Below are positions 9,219 to 18,834 of a DNA stretch of 48,093 nucleotides, piece after piece. The stretch covers positions 32,868-80,960 of the forward strand of contig PANV01000004.1 in assembly GCA_002707765.1 (NCBI GenBank), in the 5' to 3' direction. This stretch comes from Fidelibacterota bacterium. GTDB lineage: Bacteria; Fidelibacterota; Marinisomatia; SCGC-AAA003-L08; D37C17. Every line of letters starts with the position of its first letter. Position 1 is the first letter of the stretch. The translations under genes and the position numbers were made by a program. The notes beneath the pieces are model-generated. The model did no database searches. It worked only from the letters and a program-made list of their open reading frames with translations, and was not told where the DNA came from.

Positions 9219-9691
9219 TGAAATTATCAGATAAAATAAATAAAAAAACAATAATTTATCCGTTAAATTCTCAAGTCAGAGAGGATGCCTTACAAGAGCT
9301 TCTCAATCATTTTCAAAACAATAAGTACTTAAAAGAAACAAAAAAATTATTTTCATATTTAAATTCTAATCAATTTAAAACAATGGCTAGAAGAGGTGTA
9401 GCATACCATTATCATACATCTTTAGAAGTTAAAGAAACATTAGCGGTACTAGGCATTTCAGCAGATGGAATAAATTATCAATCAACAGATGGTTTACCTT
9501 GTAATTTTATATTGTTAATTTTAGAACCCATGAAGAATCCTAATAGCCATAGAAAATTTATTAATATGTTTCAGGAATTTATTAAAACTTCAAATATTAA
9601 ATCTGAATTATTAAAAGCGGAATCAAATGATGACATAGAAAAAATAATTTCTGAATGGGAAACAAATAATAGAAACCTTGATATTGAATGA
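9218..9691 (+). CDS. ptsN: PTS EIIA(Ntr)-like nitrogen-regulatory protein
   Basis: About 157 aa. EIIA-2-like layout: His-containing segment RRGVAYHYH, then PCNFILLILEP....NSHRKFINMF, resembling the PV-hhh-LL-P...HL..L pattern. The track start is TTG 9212; ATG 9218 overlaps the lptD stop (TAATG) and is preferred here. Confidence 0.55.
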   Translation: MKLSDKINKKTIIYPLNSQVREDALQELLNHFQNNKYLKETKKLFSYLNSNQFKTMARRGVAYHYHTSLEVKETLAVLGISADGINYQSTDGLPCNFILLILEPMKNPNSHRKFINMFQEFIKTSNIKSELLKAESNDDIEKIISEWETNNRNLDIE

Positions 9692-10941
9692 AAAATATAA
9701 TTAGAAAGATAAAGGGTACAAATGATATACTGCCTGATGAATCATTAATTTGGATTTATTTTGAAAACTATATTAGAGATTTTTTTCAGAAATATGGTTA
9801 TAAAGAAATTAGAACTCCTATTTTTGAAAGTACTGAACTATTTTTACGATCTATTGGTAAAGATACAGATATTGTCTCTAAAGAAATGTATAGTTGGGTT
9901 GATCAGGGTAATAATAATTTGACGCTAAGACCTGAATTAACTGCTTCAGTTTCAAGAAGTTTTATTCAAAATCAACTATCAAAACAACAAAAGTCTCATA
10001 AATTTTATTATATAGGATCTTCATTTAGGCGAGAGCGGCCGCAAAAAGGAAGATTTAGGCAATTTGAACAATTTGGTATAGAATCTTTTGGATCTCCTTT
10101 TCCAGAACAAGATGCCGAAATAATATCTATGGCATATTTATTTTACAAATCTTTAAAAATTAAAAATCTTAATTTAAGAATTAATACTATTGGTTCAAGA
10201 GAAGATAGAAAAAAGTATGTTCAAAGTTTAAAAGAATACTTTAATAAATTTGAAAACAAATTAACAAGTATCAGTAAGAAGCGTTTAGAATCAAATCCAT
10301 TAAGAATTTTGGATACAAAAATTGATTTTGAAATTGAGTTGGTTAAAAAGGCACCTAGAATTATTGATTATATAAGCGATGAAGATAAAAAACATTTTCA
10401 AACTTTATTAAATATTTTAGATAATATAAATATTCCATATGTTATAGATCACTATTTAGTTAGAGGATTAGATTACTATTCTAGGACTGTATTTGAAGTT
10501 CAATCTGATGCACTTGGTTCACAAAATGCATTATGTGGTGGTGGTAGGTACGATTATTTAATTGATGAACTAGGTGGTCAAAAAACTCCTGCTATTGGTT
10601 TCGCTGCAGGAATTGAAAGATTAATTTTGGCATCTGAACTAGAGGTAACTGATATTATAAATAAGCCAGATATTTATATTATAGCTAATAGTAATGAAGC
10701 CATAAATCTGTCTTTTGCATTAGCTAATAAATTGAGACATCAAAAAAAATTCGTGGTAATTCAAGATACTTTACGCAGAAGTATTAAATCGCAGATGAAA
10801 GATGCAAATAGAGTACAGGCTAAGTATTGCATCATCATAGCTGAAGAAGAAATAAAAAATTCTACTGTTTCAATCAAGAATATGGATACAGGTGATCAAA
10901 AAACAAAATTATTTGATGAGGTTTTAGATTTCTTTAAGTAA
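9688..10941 (+). CDS. hisS: Histidine--tRNA ligase
   Basis: 417 aa with class II HisRS motifs: KGTNDILP, LRPELTA, FRRERPQKGRFRQFEQ, GGGRYD and GFAAGIERL. ATGA overlap with the ptsN stop. Confidence 0.95.
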   Translation: MKNIIRKIKGTNDILPDESLIWIYFENYIRDFFQKYGYKEIRTPIFESTELFLRSIGKDTDIVSKEMYSWVDQGNNNLTLRPELTASVSRSFIQNQLSKQQKSHKFYYIGSSFRRERPQKGRFRQFEQFGIESFGSPFPEQDAEIISMAYLFYKSLKIKNLNLRINTIGSREDRKKYVQSLKEYFNKFENKLTSISKKRLESNPLRILDTKIDFEIELVKKAPRIIDYISDEDKKHFQTLLNILDNINIPYVIDHYLVRGLDYYSRTVFEVQSDALGSQNALCGGGRYDYLIDELGGQKTPAIGFAAGIERLILASELEVTDIINKPDIYIIANSNEAINLSFALANKLRHQKKFVVIQDTLRRSIKSQMKDANRVQAKYCIIIAEEEIKNSTVSIKNMDTGDQKTKLFDEVLDFFK

Positions 10942-10971
10942 TATTTATGAGATAAATTTTAGGATGAAAAA

Positions 10972-11730
10972 ATGAAAATAATTTCTTGGAATGTAAATGG
11001 TATTAGAGCAGTTATTAAAAAAGGATTTTATGATTTTATAGATGAATACAAACCTGATATTTTATGTTTACAAGAAACAAAAGCTCATCCTGAACAGGTT
11101 GATATAAAGCTTAATCAATATCCGTATCAGTTTTGGAATTCGGCAGAAAAAAAAGGTTATTCAGGAACAGCAATTTTTTCTAAGAAAGAACCATTATCTG
11201 TAAAAAATAATATTGGTATTGATAAGCATGATAATGAGGGAAGAGTTATAGCTGTTGAATTTGAAGATTATTTCTTAGTTACTGTTTATACTCCTAATTC
11301 AAAAAGAGAATTACTAAGATTGGAATATAGAGCACAAGAATGGGATGTAGATTTTTTAAAGTATTTAAAAAAATTAGAAGAAGAAAAACCTGTTATTTTT
11401 TGTGGTGACCTAAATGTAGCTCATAAAGAAATAGACCTGAAAAATCCTAAAACTAATAAGAGAAATGCAGGATTTACTGATGAAGAAAGATCAGGCTTTG
11501 ATAATTATATTGCGTCAGGATTTATAGATACTTTTAGAGAATTTGAAAAAGGAGAGGGTCATTATACTTGGTGGAGTTATATGTTTAACTCCAGGGCAAA
11601 AAATGTTGGCTGGAGAATTGATTATTTTTGTATTTCACAAATTTTACGTTCAAAATTAGCTAAATCATATATCCTTAAAGATGTTATGGGTTCAGATCAT
11701 GCTCCTGTTGCAATAGAAATAAATGATTAG
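10972..11730 (+). CDS. xth: Exodeoxyribonuclease III (AP endonuclease)
   Basis: 252 aa: [40 protein letters not shown] and SDHAPV, all ExoIII/EEP family motifs. Confidence 0.93.
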   Translation: MKIISWNVNGIRAVIKKGFYDFIDEYKPDILCLQETKAHPEQVDIKLNQYPYQFWNSAEKKGYSGTAIFSKKEPLSVKNNIGIDKHDNEGRVIAVEFEDYFLVTVYTPNSKRELLRLEYRAQEWDVDFLKYLKKLEEEKPVIFCGDLNVAHKEIDLKNPKTNKRNAGFTDEERSGFDNYIASGFIDTFREFEKGEGHYTWWSYMFNSRAKNVGWRIDYFCISQILRSKLAKSYILKDVMGSDHAPVAIEIND

Positions 11731-12478
11731 TAAAAATAAAATAAAACTTCTTAAATCCTTACAATTAAAAAAAAATAGATTAACCAGTAAACTTACCATT
11801 ATCGAAGGTCTAAGAATTATTGATGAAGCTATTAATTTAAATGCTGAAATCACTCAAATTTTTTATGTTTCAAATTTTTTTGAAAAAAATAAAAGTTTAT
11901 TTACTAAAATTGATTTAAACGGTATTCCTCATGATACTATTGAATTAAAAGATTTAAAGGAAATAGCTGATACAAATAATCCCCAAGGAATAATAGCTGT
12001 AGTTAATATTAATAAATATTTGGATTCCAAATTGACTGATACAAATGGAAATTATGTGATACTAGATCAAATTTCAGATCCTGGCAATTTAGGAACTATT
12101 TTACGTACATGTGCATGGTATGGTATAAATCAAATTGTTTTAATGCCAGAATCAGTTGATCCTTTTAACTTAAAATGTTTGCGATCAGCTATGGGTGCAC
12201 ATTTTAGTTTTAACTACATTAATTATTCAGATTATGATGAAATTATATCTTTTTTAGAAAAAAATAATTATAATATTTTATGTTCAAATTTAAATGGATC
12301 TGATGTTTCAAAAATTTCTGTAAAAGGTAAATGGGCATTAGTTTTGGGGTCAGAAGCACATGGAACAAATCTTTTGTTTGAAAAATTTAACAATATTACA
12401 ATATCTAAAAAAGGTAGTATTGATAGTTTAAATGTTTCGGTTGCAACCGGTATACTTTTAGATAGATTAATTAATTAA
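11723..12478 (+). CDS. TrmH/SpoU-family RNA 2'-O-methyltransferase
   Basis: 251 aa with SPOUT motifs [25 protein letters not shown] and [12 protein letters not shown]. Overlaps the xth stop by 8 nt. Confidence 0.85.
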   Translation: MISKNKIKLLKSLQLKKNRLTSKLTIIEGLRIIDEAINLNAEITQIFYVSNFFEKNKSLFTKIDLNGIPHDTIELKDLKEIADTNNPQGIIAVVNINKYLDSKLTDTNGNYVILDQISDPGNLGTILRTCAWYGINQIVLMPESVDPFNLKCLRSAMGAHFSFNYINYSDYDEIISFLEKNNYNILCSNLNGSDVSKISVKGKWALVLGSEAHGTNLLFEKFNNITISKKGSIDSLNVSVATGILLDRLIN

Positions 12479-12500
12479 CTTTTTAATCAACTTTAAATAA

Positions 12501-14021
12501 TTAGAATATTTCACTAACTCCTCCCCTCCTAGAATCACCTACTGCTTCATTAATACTTACACAGTTTGCACCACCAAAAAATAAGCTTTTATCAGCAAAT
12601 TTATTTATTAGAAATTTATTTGTGTATGTATTTTTTGGTATTTGTATATCTCTTTCGATGAACAAATTATTATTTTCTAAGTGTATTCTAGGAGATTCAA
12701 CGGCATCTTCTAGATTCATTTTTTTTACAATAAGGTTAATAATAATTTGTACGATTGCTGATCTTATTCTATTACTTCCTCCACTGCCTAATGCATATAA
12801 TGGTTTATTATTTTTCATAATAATTGTTGGACAAAGCATTGTGGGTAATCTACCTGAATGTTTCCATTGATGAAATCCAAAAGGATTCAAATCTCGTTCT
12901 CCTAGCATATTATTCATTAAAATTCCAAATTCAGGAATAAAAATACCTGAGCCTTCTCCATTAGTTGTTGTAGCACTTACTACATTTTCATATTTATCTA
13001 TTACGCTAATATGTGTTGTTGAGCCTAAATCAGAACTTTTAAAATTTTTGTTATTAAAATTTTCATTATTAAAACTTTCTAAATATTTATTTAAGATTGA
13101 ATCCTTGAGACAGTTAGAAATTTCCATTTCATCGAATGGGTTCAAGCAGATTTCTGATCTTACCACAGATGTTAATTCCATAGCTTTTATTAAATCAATT
13201 ATATTAGAATTTAAACGTTTAGATTTTTTAAGAATTTTTAATAAAAATACAACTAGTGTTCCTCCATAGGCTGGTGCTGGATTTGTAAAAACTTCATATT
13301 CACCAATTTTAATTTTTAAAGGTTTTCTCTTATATACTTTGTAATTATTTAAGTTCTGTTTATTAATCATACCACCATTATTAAATGTATTTTCAATAAT
13401 CTTAGCTGCTTCACCCTTATAAAAAAAATCTCTTCCATTTAAAATTAATTCTTCTAGAAAAGTTGAGAAATTAGGGTTTTTAAATGTATCACCTTCTTTT
13501 AGAAATGATTTATTTTTTATAAAGAGTTGTTTCCCCATTTTTGAATCTGTAAGAATTGGTTTAATTAATTTATTTATGTATGACTGATATTTAGATAATA
13601 TAACACCATCTTTTGCAATTTTTACTGCTGGTTGTAGAACCACATCTAGCGGTAGAATACCTTTTTCCTTATGAACTTGAAGTAACCCAGCAATGTTTCC
13701 TGGGATAGCACATGAACCTTTGCCTATAAAAAAATCTTGCGATGTATTCCCAAAATCAACTTTGATTTTTTTAAAATCTAAATTCGAATTAATATTACTA
13801 AGAGGGTAATTAACAAAAAAATCGTAAATAATTGGATGTTGGTCTTTGCTAGATGATATTAGTATTCCGCCTCCCCCTGCACCTGTTAACGCAAATTCTG
13901 ACGTCATGCTAGTAAAAATGGCGCCTACTGTTGCATCAAATGCATTACCGCCTTCAATTAAAATATCTTTTGCAGTATTTAAAGTTTCTTTTGAGCCAGC
14001 GGCAATTGAGCCATATTTCAT
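12501..14021 (-). CDS. ggt: Gamma-glutamyltransferase family protein (no obvious signal peptide)
   Basis: 506 aa: GGNAFDATVGA near the N-terminus, GGGG, the autoprocessing/nucleophile context LGSTTHISVID, and GSGGSNRI near the C-terminus. Confidence 0.85.
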   Translation of the reverse strand: MKYGSIAAGSKETLNTAKDILIEGGNAFDATVGAIFTSMTSEFALTGAGGGGILISSSKDQHPIIYDFFVNYPLSNINSNLDFKKIKVDFGNTSQDFFIGKGSCAIPGNIAGLLQVHKEKGILPLDVVLQPAVKIAKDGVILSKYQSYINKLIKPILTDSKMGKQLFIKNKSFLKEGDTFKNPNFSTFLEELILNGRDFFYKGEAAKIIENTFNNGGMINKQNLNNYKVYKRKPLKIKIGEYEVFTNPAPAYGGTLVVFLLKILKKSKRLNSNIIDLIKAMELTSVVRSEICLNPFDEMEISNCLKDSILNKYLESFNNENFNNKNFKSSDLGSTTHISVIDKYENVVSATTTNGEGSGIFIPEFGILMNNMLGERDLNPFGFHQWKHSGRLPTMLCPTIIMKNNKPLYALGSGGSNRIRSAIVQIIINLIVKKMNLEDAVESPRIHLENNNLFIERDIQIPKNTYTNKFLINKFADKSLFFGGANCVSINEAVGDSRRGGVSEIF

Positions 14022-14121
14022 TTTGATTTTTTCTTCAATTAATTATATAACTTTTTGTTAAAGATGTTAAATAAATTATTAATTTATAATATATATTTAT
14101 AATGAAAAGAATGAGATTAAG

Positions 14122-16737
14122 TTGAAAAAAGAATTATCTACAGTTTACGATCCTAAAAGAGTTGAAGAAAAATGGCATTCAGAATGGATTGATAATAAAA
14201 TTTTTGCTCCTGATTATAAAAGTAAAGAATCATTTACTGTAATGATTCCACCTCCAAATGTTACAGGTATTTTACACCTGGGACATGTTTTAAATAATAC
14301 TATTCAAGATGTTCTAGTTCGAAAAGCTAGAATGGAGGGTAAAAATACTCTTTGGCTTCCTGGAACTGACCACGCATCTATTGCAACAGAAGCTAAAGTA
14401 ACTAAGTTTCTTAAAGATCAAAAAATTGATAAAAAAGAAATTGGTAGAGAAGCATTTCTTAAACATTGTTGGGATTGGACAGAAAAGTATGGAGGTATTA
14501 TTACAGACCAACTAAAGCGTTTAGGATGTTCCTGTGATTGGGGCCGTGAAAGATTTACAATGGATGATAAATATTATAAATCTGTCATTCAAACATTTGT
14601 TAAATTGTATAATGATGGTTTGATATATCAAGGGAAGCGAATGATTAATTGGGATCCACTTGGTAAAACAGCATTATCTAATGAAGAGGTTATTTATAAA
14701 GAAGAAAAAGGTTTTTTATGGCATATCAAGTATCCAATTAAAAATGAAAAAAAATATTTAATTGTTGCTACAACTAGGCCAGAAACAATGCTTGGAGATA
14801 CAGGTGTTGCAGTTAACCCCAATGATAAAAGATATTCAAAATATATTGGTAAAAAAGTTTTACTTCCAATCATGAATAAAGAAATTCCTATTTTTTCTGA
14901 TGAATATGTTGATATAGATTTTGGTACAGGATGTGTTAAAGTAACTCCCGCACATGATATGAATGATTATGCGATGGCAAATCGTAATAATTTACAGATT
15001 ATAAATATCATGCATGACGATGCAACATTTAATAACAATGTTCCTTCTAATTTTCAAAACAAAGATAGATTTGAAGTTCGAAAAATGGTTCTTGAAATAC
15101 TTGAAAAAAATGGTTATTTATTAAAAACAGAAGATTACATTCATAAAGTTGGTCATTCAGAAAGAACAAATGCAGTTATTGAACCTAGGTTATCGAAGCA
15201 ATGGTTTTTGAAAATGGATAAATTAGCTAAACCTGCTTTAAAAGCAGTAAAAAATAAAGATGTAAATTTTCATCCAAAAAGATGGGAAAAAATATATAAT
15301 CATTGGCTAGAAAATATTCAAGACTGGTGTATTTCAAGACAATTATGGTGGGGCCACAGAATCCCAGTTTGGTATAAAGAAGATAAAATATATTGTGGTA
15401 CCACTGCTCCAGATGAAGATGGTTGGATTCAAGAGGAAGATGTTTTAGATACATGGTTTAGCTCTTGGATTTGGCCAATGGCTACGTTAGGATGGCCCAA
15501 TGACAGTGAAGATTTAAAACATTTCTACCCATCTCAAGATTTAGTAACAGGACCCGATATAATTTTCTTTTGGGTAGCACGTATGATTATGTCTGGATTA
15601 TATTTTAAGAATGAGATACCATTTTCTAATGTTTATTTTACAAGTATCATAAGAGATGATAAAGGTAGAAAAATGAGTAAATCTCTTGGTAATTCTCCAG
15701 ATGCTTTAGAATTATTTGATAAGTATGGAGTAGATGCTGTTAGAGTGAGTATTCTTATGATGGCACCTCAAGGTTTAGATATACATTTCAAAGAAGATAG
15801 ATTAGAGCAAGGCAGAAATTTTATGAATAAACTTTGGAATTGTTCTCGGTTTATAATGATGAATGTTGAAGATTTCGAATTTCTCAAAATTGAAACAATA
15901 AACGAAGATAAATTAGATCAAACAGATAAATGGATTTTATCTAAGCTGAATATTGTTATTGAAGATGTTGAAAAATCTATTAAAAATTATAAAATGAATG
16001 ATGCAATTAAACTTATTTATAATTTTGTTTGGGCTGATTTTTGTGATTGGTATATTGAATTTTCAAAATCTCGTATTTATGGTCAGTCTGAAGAAGATAA
16101 AAAAGTTGTGTTATCTATATCTACCTATATTTTAAAAGATATTTTAAAATTAATTCATCCGTTTGCTCCATTCATATCAGAAGAAATATGGTCTTATTTA
16201 AATGAAAGTAATTTTTTATCAAAGGAAACTTATCCTGAATTTCGACAACAATTTAAATTTGAAAAAGAGCAAAAAAATATTGAATTGTTTAAATCAATTA
16301 TTACTTCGATCAGAAATATTAAATCAGATTTAGGTGTTTCACCAAAAAAAGAATTAGTGATTTATTTTAAAGGCAATGATACAAAAACTCAAATAATCAA
16401 GGATAATGAACATCATTTATTTAAAATTGCGAATGTAAAAGAAATAAAATATGGTAGTAATATATCTAAACCAGAACAATCAGCATCCTCTGTAATTAAT
16501 AACTTAGAATTCTTTATCCCATTGCAAGGACTTATCAATATAGATAAAGAAGTTAAGCGATTAAAATCTAAATTAGATGATATAGAAGCAAGGCTTAATA
16601 ATGTCCAGAAAAAATTAAACAATGAAAATTTTATTAATAAAGCTCCTCAAAATATTATTGATCACGAAAAAAATAAATATAAAGCATATTATGAGGATTA
16701 TCAGAAAATTTTAAAAAATTATAAAAGCCTTACCTAA
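14122..16737 (+). CDS. valS: Valine--tRNA ligase
   Basis: 871 aa: PPPNVTGILHLGH (HIGH), KMSKSLGN (KMSKS), WCISRQLWWGHRIP and a C-terminal coiled-coil. The start must be non-ATG (TTG 14122), because no in-frame ATG precedes the conserved YDPKRVEEKW. Confidence 0.95.
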   Translation: MKKELSTVYDPKRVEEKWHSEWIDNKIFAPDYKSKESFTVMIPPPNVTGILHLGHVLNNTIQDVLVRKARMEGKNTLWLPGTDHASIATEAKVTKFLKDQKIDKKEIGREAFLKHCWDWTEKYGGIITDQLKRLGCSCDWGRERFTMDDKYYKSVIQTFVKLYNDGLIYQGKRMINWDPLGKTALSNEEVIYKEEKGFLWHIKYPIKNEKKYLIVATTRPETMLGDTGVAVNPNDKRYSKYIGKKVLLPIMNKEIPIFSDEYVDIDFGTGCVKVTPAHDMNDYAMANRNNLQIINIMHDDATFNNNVPSNFQNKDRFEVRKMVLEILEKNGYLLKTEDYIHKVGHSERTNAVIEPRLSKQWFLKMDKLAKPALKAVKNKDVNFHPKRWEKIYNHWLENIQDWCISRQLWWGHRIPVWYKEDKIYCGTTAPDEDGWIQEEDVLDTWFSSWIWPMATLGWPNDSEDLKHFYPSQDLVTGPDIIFFWVARMIMSGLYFKNEIPFSNVYFTSIIRDDKGRKMSKSLGNSPDALELFDKYGVDAVRVSILMMAPQGLDIHFKEDRLEQGRNFMNKLWNCSRFIMMNVEDFEFLKIETINEDKLDQTDKWILSKLNIVIEDVEKSIKNYKMNDAIKLIYNFVWADFCDWYIEFSKSRIYGQSEEDKKVVLSISTYILKDILKLIHPFAPFISEEIWSYLNESNFLSKETYPEFRQQFKFEKEQKNIELFKSIITSIRNIKSDLGVSPKKELVIYFKGNDTKTQIIKDNEHHLFKIANVKEIKYGSNISKPEQSASSVINNLEFFIPLQGLINIDKEVKRLKSKLDDIEARLNNVQKKLNNENFINKAPQNIIDHEKNKYKAYYEDYQKILKNYKSLT

Positions 16738-16746
16738 AATTAAAAT

Positions 16747-18831
16747 TTGGATATACCAAATCAAACCACTATTAAAACAGAAGTACAATACCTTAAAGGT
16801 GTAGGTCCTAAACGAGGACAAATTTTAAAGAGTTATGGAATAAGTAATATTGGTGATTTAATTCGTAATTTTCCACGAAAATATTTAGACAGAACAAATG
16901 TTAAAAATATTAATCAAATTAAAATTAATGAACAAGTAGTAATTATTGGTATTGTAAAATCATTTGGTTTAAAGTATTTAAAAAAAGGAAAGTATTTTCA
17001 ACTTAATATTTCAGATGAAACAGGTTTTATTCAATGTATTTGGTTTCACGGAATATCATGGATTTCGGAAAAATTTAAAGAAGGTGATAATATTGCTGTT
17101 TTTGGAAAAGTTGAATTTTATAAAGGCTATAGAATTATCCATCCTGAATTTGATTTATTAGAAAATAGTAAAGACCCATCCAATACTGGTCAAATTATTC
17201 CACTTTATGCATCAAATAATTTATTTAAAAAAGTAAGTTTAGATAGTAGAGCAATTAGAAAATTAATTCATAATGCATTAAATCAGGTTTATTTGATTAA
17301 GGACCATTTCTCCGAACATTTTCTAAAAAAAGAGGCCTTATTAAGCCTGGATAAATCTATTCGAATCGTTCATCAGCCTAATTCAAATGATGATTTAAAG
17401 TCAGCATACTATCGTTTAAAATTTGATGAGTATTTTTTCCTTCAATTAGTTTTAGCAATAAATAAACATCAGTTAAGTAATTTTAAAGGAAAAAAATTTA
17501 TAGATTTAGGTGACTATGCAATAAAAATGTATAAGAATTTAGATTTTAAATTGACAAATGCTCAAATTAGAGTGATGAGAGAGATTAGAAAAGATTTAGC
17601 AATGGATAAGCCAATGAATAGATTAGTTCAAGGCGATGTTGGATGTGGAAAAACAATTATTGCAATGCTCACATCTGCAATAATTGTAGGTAATGATTCT
17701 CAAGTGGCAATTATGGCTCCAACAGAAATTTTAGCTGAACAACATTTTGAAAGTTTTTTTGAGTTTTGTTCTAAATTAAATATTAAATGCAAATTACTTA
17801 TTGGAAATTTGAAACAGAGTCAAAAAAATCAGATTTATGAAAATTTAGAAAATGGTAAAATACAAATTATTGTTGGTACTCATGCTTTAATACAAGAAAA
17901 AGTTAAGTTTAAAAATTTAGAATTAGTTGTAGTAGATGAACAACATAGATTTGGGGTAGAACAAAGAAAAAATTTAATTACAAAAGGTAAACATGTTAAT
18001 ATTTTATCTATGACGGCAACCCCTATACCTAGAACACTAACTTTTGCAATTCATGGTGATATGGATTTATCATGGATTGATGAGCTTCCACAAAATAGAA
18101 TTCCTATAAAAACATCAGTAATTGAATCAAAAAAAATTGATTCAGTATACACTTTAATGAAAAATGAAATGGATAAGGGACGTTTTTGTTTTATTGTATT
18201 CCCAATAATAGAAGAATCTGATAAAATTGATGCTGAGGCAGCAGAAAGTGCCTATGAGAATTTTAAAAAAAATATTTTCAAAGAATACACCTTAGGTTTT
18301 CTTCATGGGAAATTAAAAAAAGAATCTAAAACACAAATTATGGAACAGGTAAATAATGGTGAAATTCAATGTTTAATTTCTACAACTGTTGTTGAAGTTG
18401 GAATCAATAATCCCAACGCTACAGTGATGGTAATTGAAAATGCTGAAAGATTTGGTCTGACTCAATTACATCAGTTAAGGGGAAGAATTGGAAGGGGGAA
18501 ATTTCAATCATATTGTTTTTTAATTCAAAGAAAAAAAACTGAACAATCCTACAAACGACTTTCAATAATAGAAAAACATATAGATGGATTCAAAATATCT
18601 GATGAAGATTTAAAACTTAGAGGACCTGGAGAGTTTTTAGGAACTAAACAGCATGGTTATATTTCATCAAAGCTACTTGATATTGTTAATGATGGTAAAA
18701 TTATGAGACATGCTAGAACAAGAGCCTTTGAAATTATAGAAAATGACCCTAAACTTATAAAGTCTCAGAATTTAAAAAAGAAACTTTTACAAGATTATAA
18801 ACATATGTTAGAATTTATTAATATAGGATAA
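16747..18831 (+). CDS. recG: ATP-dependent DNA helicase RecG
   Basis: 694 aa: N-terminal LKGVGPKRGQIL, an OB wedge region, GDVGCGKT (Walker A), VVDEQHRFGV (DEQH), MTATPIPRT and QLRGRIGRG. TTG start 9 nt after the valS stop. Confidence 0.93.
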   Translation: MDIPNQTTIKTEVQYLKGVGPKRGQILKSYGISNIGDLIRNFPRKYLDRTNVKNINQIKINEQVVIIGIVKSFGLKYLKKGKYFQLNISDETGFIQCIWFHGISWISEKFKEGDNIAVFGKVEFYKGYRIIHPEFDLLENSKDPSNTGQIIPLYASNNLFKKVSLDSRAIRKLIHNALNQVYLIKDHFSEHFLKKEALLSLDKSIRIVHQPNSNDDLKSAYYRLKFDEYFFLQLVLAINKHQLSNFKGKKFIDLGDYAIKMYKNLDFKLTNAQIRVMREIRKDLAMDKPMNRLVQGDVGCGKTIIAMLTSAIIVGNDSQVAIMAPTEILAEQHFESFFEFCSKLNIKCKLLIGNLKQSQKNQIYENLENGKIQIIVGTHALIQEKVKFKNLELVVVDEQHRFGVEQRKNLITKGKHVNILSMTATPIPRTLTFAIHGDMDLSWIDELPQNRIPIKTSVIESKKIDSVYTLMKNEMDKGRFCFIVFPIIEESDKIDAEAAESAYENFKKNIFKEYTLGFLHGKLKKESKTQIMEQVNNGEIQCLISTTVVEVGINNPNATVMVIENAERFGLTQLHQLRGRIGRGKFQSYCFLIQRKKTEQSYKRLSIIEKHIDGFKISDEDLKLRGPGEFLGTKQHGYISSKLLDIVNDGKIMRHARTRAFEIIENDPKLIKSQNLKKKLLQDYKHMLEFINIG

Positions 18832-18834
18832 ACA

